Part shown: positions 49,767 to 64,000 of the stretch, one piece after another | How the letters are laid out: each line of letters starts with the position of its first letter | How positions within the stretch are numbered: position 1 is the first letter of the stretch | Source: Chrysomallon squamiferum | Lineage: Eukaryota > Animalia > Mollusca | DNA length: 64,000 nucleotides | Direction: 5' to 3' | Assembly: GCA_012295275.1 (NCBI GenBank) | Contig: CM022679.1 | Coordinates: 2,914,001-2,978,000, forward strand | Program-made: the position numbers and the translations under genes | Notes under the pieces: generated by a model | What the model saw: only the letters and a program-made list of their open reading frames with translations | Told to the model about the DNA's origin: nothing | Database searches by the model: none

Positions 49767-50566
49767 TTCCACAGTGTAACATCACTAAAAGAATAGGTTT
49801 ACATATGCAGTGATGCTGAGTATAATAACCTGAAAGTATTTTAATAATCAGAATTCTCTTTATGCATTCATTCATTCAGATTTGATTAAGTTGTAAACAA
49901 TAATGATGTTTATCACGTATCTGAAATTATTCCTCAGTTGCAAAGATATGGGGTTTTTTTAATAATTAATCATGAATTTTAATTAATTAATTTGTTTTAA
50001 AATTGAGTCCTGAGTTCTTTCTCTTAATATATTGTTGAGGATTTTATCTTCCATTTTTTTTTTTTTTAATATTATTAAAAAAAAGACTGAATATTCATTC
50101 TTGTTTCCAGTTTTTAGGTATTTTTGAGGTTTTCATACATCACAAGACTTTTAAATGCAGAAAGCTTTAATTTGATCCTTTTTTTGTAGATACTAATGCC
50201 CATATAATGTGGTTTAGTCAATCATGAATTTGCAATGATCTGATTTTTAAATTTTACCTGTACTATAAGCAGTGCTAGTTGTATTTTACATATTGGTCAT
50301 ACCAAATTGTTGCAGTTTTTCTATTTATCACAAATGAGAAACCTTGATTATGTTACATTGTATTTAATATTTTAATTTTAATTTTTTAATTTTTAATTTA
50401 TTGTTATTTTTTAATATTGATATTACACAGATGTTTTTGTTTACCGGTCTGAGAGGTGATAAAACAACTCACTTAATCTTCTTAACTGTTCTCATTTTTA
50501 CCAGTAATATTTGAATTTTTCTTATTTATATATACATATAATTATTTTGGGTACTGTTATTGAATT

Positions 50567-50597
<31 letters not shown>

Positions 50598-53500
50598 GTT
50601 GGTTCGTTTTTATGAAAACACATGGATGCAGTATAAGCAAAACATGCATAATTTGGAAGTGGTTTTATGATTTCAAAAAATTAATGACATATTCCAAAAA
50701 AAAACATTGATCATTATTCTAAAAAAAAAAATGAATTTTCTTAATTATATTTTGGGGATTTGCTTGATTATAAAATTAAAAAATATAAACATATTACCAG
50801 GATAGTACAAAAATATATGTTTTTAATATTTAATATTTTTAGAATTTGTCAGAACATAAAAATGAAGTATATATTTTGAGAAACAAAATGATTTTAAAGT
50901 CATTTTTTTATGAAATATAGATATCAACTAATGTATAGAAAATATTTTTATTATATGGGCATAATGAACTACATATCACAACAATGTTATGTGGAATTAT
51001 AGTACATTATAAGATAAATCTGTATCTGATTTGTGAACAAACCTGTTATAAAATGGATGAATGTTACATTTTTTGTTTATATTTTCCAGTGTAAATATTT
51101 TGATTCACATTTTCCAATGTTGATATTTCCATGATGTAATTCAAGAAATCAGAGTATTATATTATGGGAATCTGTACTTTTGTAAAATCATAGAAAATGT
51201 TTTTCTTACCAGTCCCACTAATACTGCTTCATAAAATACAGTGAATGGCAGGTTATTATTTATAAAATTTAAATTTTTATTTTTATTTTTTGGTAAAATT
51301 AATTTTGCTTTTCCACTTTAGTATGGACATATACAAATATACAGAACATTTACCTAATGATGTGTGCATACATGTGTGTGTGTTTTTGTCTAGGAATTTT
51401 GAATAATATGAAAATCTGCTAATACACATATTAAAATAATTATATTAATTCACAATGGTGCATGGCTTTATAAACATGTTTGTCTATGATGTTATACCAA
51501 AGATTTACATTATAGTTTTACATTTTATAATGTTTTATAGTATTACATTGAAATTGTCATCTTTCAGATAATCATTTTTATTATTATTCAAGCAAGACTT
51601 TTTTTTTTTGAGGATATATTCAGATTTTATGCAGATGTTATTTTTATTTTATCTCTTAAACCAAACCCAATTATGTACATGGTATTTTTGTTGCTAGTCA
51701 AAACTTTTTACTGAACAAATCAAATTGTATAAAATATCTTTTTATTTGCAAAGCCAGTCAAATTATTATTGTTATTATTATTATTTTCCTAGTCAGCTGA
51801 ATTTAGTTTGTTAAATTGGATCTTTCAGAGCTGAAGTTTATTCTTAAACAGTGGCTCTAAAATTGATTCACTCCATTCCAAAGATTCAAGAATAATTAAC
51901 TAAATGTTACGATATGTGTTTTCCAGTTTACTGGAAGGTGAATATAAAATATTAATTGTTGCCAGTTGTTAAAGAATAGGCCATGATGGGGAAAGCAGAT
52001 TGTCTGTCTCATATTATCACAAAAAAACATTAAAACATAGCCAAGTAACGTTTAAAATGTCAGATCAGTTCAAGGTGTGTGACAGGAGTGTGAAGAGAAG
52101 ATTCAAAACAAAGTTTGTGTGGTGACAGTGAGTGTGGAGAGTGGCCTGTAAGGTTAAAGTGTTCCTAAAATTTCTATTGTTTATCATCATGACAGACAGA
52201 TTGTGTCTGTTTTGTACTGTTGTTATTTTTTAAACTGCTGTAAGTTGTTATCTATGATTGTAAAATAAAGGAATGTAAAACATACACGAGTCTGCAGATT
52301 TATTAAAGTCAAACCTCTTTATGACAGTAACATTCAGGTGAGTTTTGTGTCATAATGAGTTTTATTGTTTTACTGAGATTGTGCATCTAAGTTCAGTACT
52401 GGTCCCAAAATACCCCAGCTCTTGTCCAGTTGTTTTAGAAAACAATAAAAACTATGCTGAATTACAGTCCATTATTTTCATCACTATGAGGCAGTTACAA
52501 TGTTTTAGGATGTAATTGCTAACACTGCTAGTTGCAGTGGATTTCCCTTGCAACTTTAGTGTGCTGCCAGCAGTCAGTTCTATTTTAGATGTAAAGGAAA
52601 CATCAGAAATAAGGTGCCTGTCCTTTTAAAGTGAATTTCTGAGAAAGAAAATAAACTGGTCTCTAAGAGCAAAGGTTAAGATAATAACACTATCTGGTAA
52701 CAGACTAAGTTCAGATACATAATCAAAGCATTTCAGAAAAATATAAAAGTTCAAAGACTGGTATTTGTCTTGCAGAGATGTTTATAATGGTACCATTTAT
52801 GGTTTATTTATAATTTTGTGACTACAGCCATTTATATGACAGTATGATAATTCACTTTAGATCTATATATACTTGTATACTTATGTACACTAAATTTATA
52901 CTATTGAAAAAACAACAAAAATAACAGTAATCAAAAATAAAAATATAAAATAAATTACAGAGAGAGATAATTAAAATTAGGCTACCATATAGTAAAAAAA
53001 CTATTATTTATTAAATTACATAATTATAATGAATAACCAAAATCATTGATGAAACACATTTATCCAATTTTACTTTGAACAAAATATAAATAAATAAATA
53101 AATATATAAATAAATAAATAAAAATAAAAGTAAAAAGATCCTCAGAAAAAGAAATTTATTTTTATACCTGTGATACCTAAAATATGTATAATACAACTGC
53201 ACAAAAAATTATTATTATTTTTGTTGTTTTTATTTATTTATTTGTTTATTCATTCATTTTTATTATTTTTTATATGCCAAAGCAATAGGAAGAAACAAAA
53301 ACTTCTTCTTGAGATTGGGGGAAGCCCTGAAATGGGCCATTTTGTCCTGTTTATACACATCCCAGATATAAATCAACGGGGATGTTCAATTGTTTTATAA
53401 AAAGAACCCTCAGGCTTACATCATTCTCTGTTTTGTTGTCCTTATACAAACACAACTACGACGTAAAAGTTGTCATCTTCATGTTAGCAATGGTGTTGCC

Positions 53501-53759
53501 AAGAAGGAGTTGTATTTTTTTGTTCTAAACATTTTGCATAAAAATGTCTGGAACTACATCATTCTCTGATATTTTTATATACATATTTTTTATGTATCTG
53601 TGTTTATGTGTATCATTTTTAAAATATTTCTTTATTCAAAACTATTTTTTTTTATTTCTATCATTATAGTATTTTGACGATAAATAATAATAAAATTAAA
53701 TCATTACTTTTAATATTGAAAAGTAATATATTTTAAACATGATTATTTAAAATATTTAA

Positions 53760-54571
53760 ATAAATAAAATGAGTGCAAAAATGTCTTTTTCTTCCAGAGA
53801 GAAAAACAAAACTTTAATGGTTGTACCATTTAATTTAATTCGGAGTGAAATCTTAATCTTAAAAAAAAAGAAAAGAAGAAAAAAAATTAATTCGCTAAAT
53901 ATAATTCATTAAAATTGATACAGAATTTACATTTATAGAATAAGGGAGATAATATATCATGTTGAACGACTAATAGTTTTGAGTCGTCTCCCTTAGACCA
54001 TGAAATAATTGAGCGATGTTTGAATTATTTATTTTATTTTATTTTATTCATTTATTTTGATTTTAAAAATATACTAAGGTTTGATGCAGACTTCTTTCAT
54101 TTTATTATTAATTATATGGAAGTTATATCAGTAGAACACGCGACTGCAATTATCCAGCAGTTCTGTTATTTATATCTGTTCAGTCTGAGCAGGGTTTTTG
54201 TGAATATTATACAACGATTTGTTGCTCTTCTGGTTCAAATATAAAATAACCACAAGCTCAATAAAATAAATAAATATAAAATAAATAATACATCTATAAA
54301 TAAAAATAAATTGCGCGAAAATAAAATCTTTAATAAACAGAAATAATCAGATTATCACTTTTGTTGTTGTTTATTTTATTTTTAATGTACTTTAAAATTG
54401 TTTTAACTGAAGTAACAGCAGGTCTTTTATTAGTTGTGATAATAATATTATTACAACTAACAGTAACTATAATTATAGTAGTAGTGTATTTGTAAGTTAT
54501 TCCTTATCACTGTTATTATTATTATTATCATCATCATCATTACTGCTCGTGTGTTTTTATTTATTTATTTG

Positions 54572-54634
<63 letters not shown>

Positions 54635-55320
54635 TCGTTTTGACAGTCCTGCTTATCCATACACGGATATAAATATAAATATCGGACAACATTTTTCTTT
54701 ACATATAGTTTATGACATTTGTTTACATTGTTTGTTTTTCATGTCTGTATATTATTCTTACAATATTATAGTAATGTACTATATAGCTGTTATGTGTACT
54801 AAAGTTTAATGTTTCGATAGATTTGTGGTTGTTTACATTCGCAGTTTCCCAGACTTTTCCATTTTCTCCCACAGAAGTCCGTAAAATCGAGGATCAAAAG
54901 TATATTAACCATGATGATTTTAAAAATATAAATAAATAAAATGAAAGTAAAATAAACATTTCTGGAGAAAAACAATACTTTGATGATTATGTTATTTAAT
55001 TTAATATGGAAACAAAACGAAAAGAAAATTTATTATTATGGAGTAAGGGAGATAATACACCATGTTAAACATGTAATAGTTTAAAATCGTCTCTCTTAGA
55101 CCATGAAATCATTTAGGGATGTTTAAATTTTTATTATAATTTATTTATTTATTTATTCATAATAATACCGAGGTGTGATACAGGCTTTTTAATGTATTAT
55201 TTAGAACAAGCGACTGCAATTTTCTGATAGATCTGCAGTTTGTATTTATTATCTATTCGATCTAATAAATATTTTCTTACGATTTGTTGCTCTACAGCTC
55301 CAAATATAAAATAATCACAA
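53760..55320. repeat. Diverged ~400-500 bp direct duplication upstream of the PTPN13-like promoter (about 53760-54260 and 54940-55320)
   Basis: Shared blocks 'gagaaaaacaa.acttt', 'taagggagataata...tcgtctc.cttagaccatgaaat', 'agaaca.gcgactgcaatt' and 'acgatttgttgctct...caaatataaaataa.cacaa'. Confidence 0.8.
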
Positions 55321-55361
55321 CCCCATACAATTTATATACTGATAACATTTCTTCATGTATG

Positions 55362-55431
<70 letters not shown>

Positions 55432-55599
55432 TGTATAACACCTGTTAAAGTTAATAATGTCTATATTTAGGACTATTTCTAGAGAAATAAAACATAGCTT
55501 TGAACTAACTGTTAACAGCCTACGAACCAAAATTACATTCAACACATTAAAAAATGATTTTATTTTATATTAAATGTTTTATTTACTTTACCTTTGGAA

Positions 55600-55789
55600 A
55601 ACGTTTGCCGTAAGAAAACGTTTGTTGTTTAGCGAATATTATCTAACTTGGGTGGGTCTCGATCAGAGAAGGACGAATTAAAAAACTAAAACGAAGAAGA
55701 AATGGCCAAACTGAGCCACTCTTGTCAGACTAGGTCGTTAATGTAGCAGTACAAACAAAATTCAGCTTTTCGAGTACATGCATTTTCTG
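55600..55789 (+). promoter_or_regulatory. Probable promoter and non-coding first exon of the PTPN13-like gene
   Basis: Local CpG enrichment that ends in a consensus donor, ctg|gtaagt, at 55790. The next acceptor is at 57150, just before the ATG. Confidence 0.5.
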
Positions 55790-57169
55790 GTAAGTGTAAA
55801 GTTTAATATATTCTTATAACATTGTAATAACATTCAGATATATTCTCTGTAGCTATACTCGATTTAGAATTTTTGACAGCTTTTACTCCGCTTCAGGTTC
55901 GAGCAGGCAAAATATGGATATTATGGGGGAATCCTCTTTCAAGTTATTTTTAGTACTAATACTCTTAAAGAAATTGGGCCATAATAAGCTGAAGGATCGC
56001 GAATTTATTATGCTATTTTTCAATGCGAATAATATAGTTTCTTAACTAATATACCGAAAGTAATTTTATAATACACATAGTGACATACATCATAAAAACA
56101 AACCATGACTAATCATAGTTTTAGAAATAAATCGGATAACAGATGGAAGTTTTTTTTTTTTTTAATCATTGGCAATGATTTGTTATTAAAATAAATAAAG
56201 AAAGTAATACATTTTTTGTTTTTCTTAATCAAATAAATTATCACAGTTGTTATTTTTGTCTTCAACATTTAGATGTGGCTTGCCCTAGTGGTTAAAAAAT
56301 GGTTTTATCAGCAGCATACATAAATGATAACACAAGCCAGTTTATCAAGCTATTTATTTTGTGCCATTCCTAAGCTAACAGGTACAGCTAAGAGTAATGA
56401 TAACAGCTTCCAAATATTAAGTTACCTGATGATGCCAAGTTGTTGGCTGTTTGCCATTTGTTTTGGAATTCTGCCTAAATCTTCTCAGACTTGATCTAGA
56501 TACTACCTTCAGGTCAACAAGTAGCTAATGTAAAAATAAATATTAATTCAGTTCTTATGTGTTTGTTGTTGTTTTTTTTTTGTTATTATTATTATATTAT
56601 TTTATATTTTAATTATTTATTTATTTATTATTATTATTTTTTTTTATTATTATTAATATATTGTTATAAAATATAATTTTATGTAGTTCGTTATAATTAT
56701 ATTATCTGTACTGTACATTTATGGTAAAGACAATAATTCTTTTTTAAAGTTGTAAATATTTTTGTATGTTATGTAATGTAAATGAAAAAAGTTATATAAT
56801 AACAGTAATAATAAAAAGAAGATACTGAAATTTTTTTAATAATAATAAATAAATTAAATGGAAAATAAAAAAGAATAAATATTTTAATGATTAGCAAGTT
56901 TAACAATAATGATGATGATGATGAAATGAAAGAGGAAACCAAGGTCAGCCACACATGACTTATTCGTTTCGATCAGTAGCAAGGAATCTTTTAATTTTCT
57001 TTTTATCTTCTGACAGCTAAGCATACATATACTGAAGTCTTTGATATCTGTATTATCCGTAACTAAGTATTCTGACAAATGTTGACTATTTTAGGAGTAA
57101 ATTATGAATTTATATTTAAACAAACAAACTGAAACTAATTATTTTAACAGTGAGTAGAGTGCCAGGAAG

Positions 57170-63830
<6,661 letters not shown>

Positions 63831-64000
63831 GTAACTTTTAGGCTTTTACAAAGTAAATTATTTATTTTCCACTTGTCTCAGATAAAAAGAACAACCAGTG
63901 CTTGTTTTTGGTTTTTAGTTTCATAACATTAATATTTAATCTTGTTTCTACAAAAAATGTAAAAAAGAATTTAAAAAAAAAGGTACTTGACTGATAAACG

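Overview
Very AT-rich, intron-rich animal genomic DNA; the repeat types and gene structures suggest a lophotrochozoan/mollusc, which is an inference. I assembled four spliced protein-coding genes by hand with consistent exon phases: UBFD1 (+, 10088-16052, 8 exons, 309 aa), CEP95 (-, 39195-19093, about 24 exons, including a textbook U12 minor-spliceosome intron and a GC-AG intron), a PLP-dependent threonine aldolase (THA1/LtaE/Gly1 family; +, 44600-49766, 395 aa) with several unusual active-site substitutions, and the 5' part of a PTPN13-like KIND+FERM gene (+, from 57170, running off the window). The first 11.6 kb is a ~7 kb tandem duplication with nested older duplications. It hides a small, apparently disrupted single-CRD TNF-receptor-like gene that the ORF track misses: signal peptide, BCMA/TACI/Grindelwald-type Cys pattern, TM exon(s) and a PVQCS TRAF-type tail. 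It also holds an orphan copy of the UBFD1 promoter and exon 1, two MITEs and a FLYWCH-like remnant. A recurring oddity is tandem repeats seeded exactly on exon/5'-splice-site junctions in three different genes. Most ORFs in the supplied track are microsatellite artefacts.
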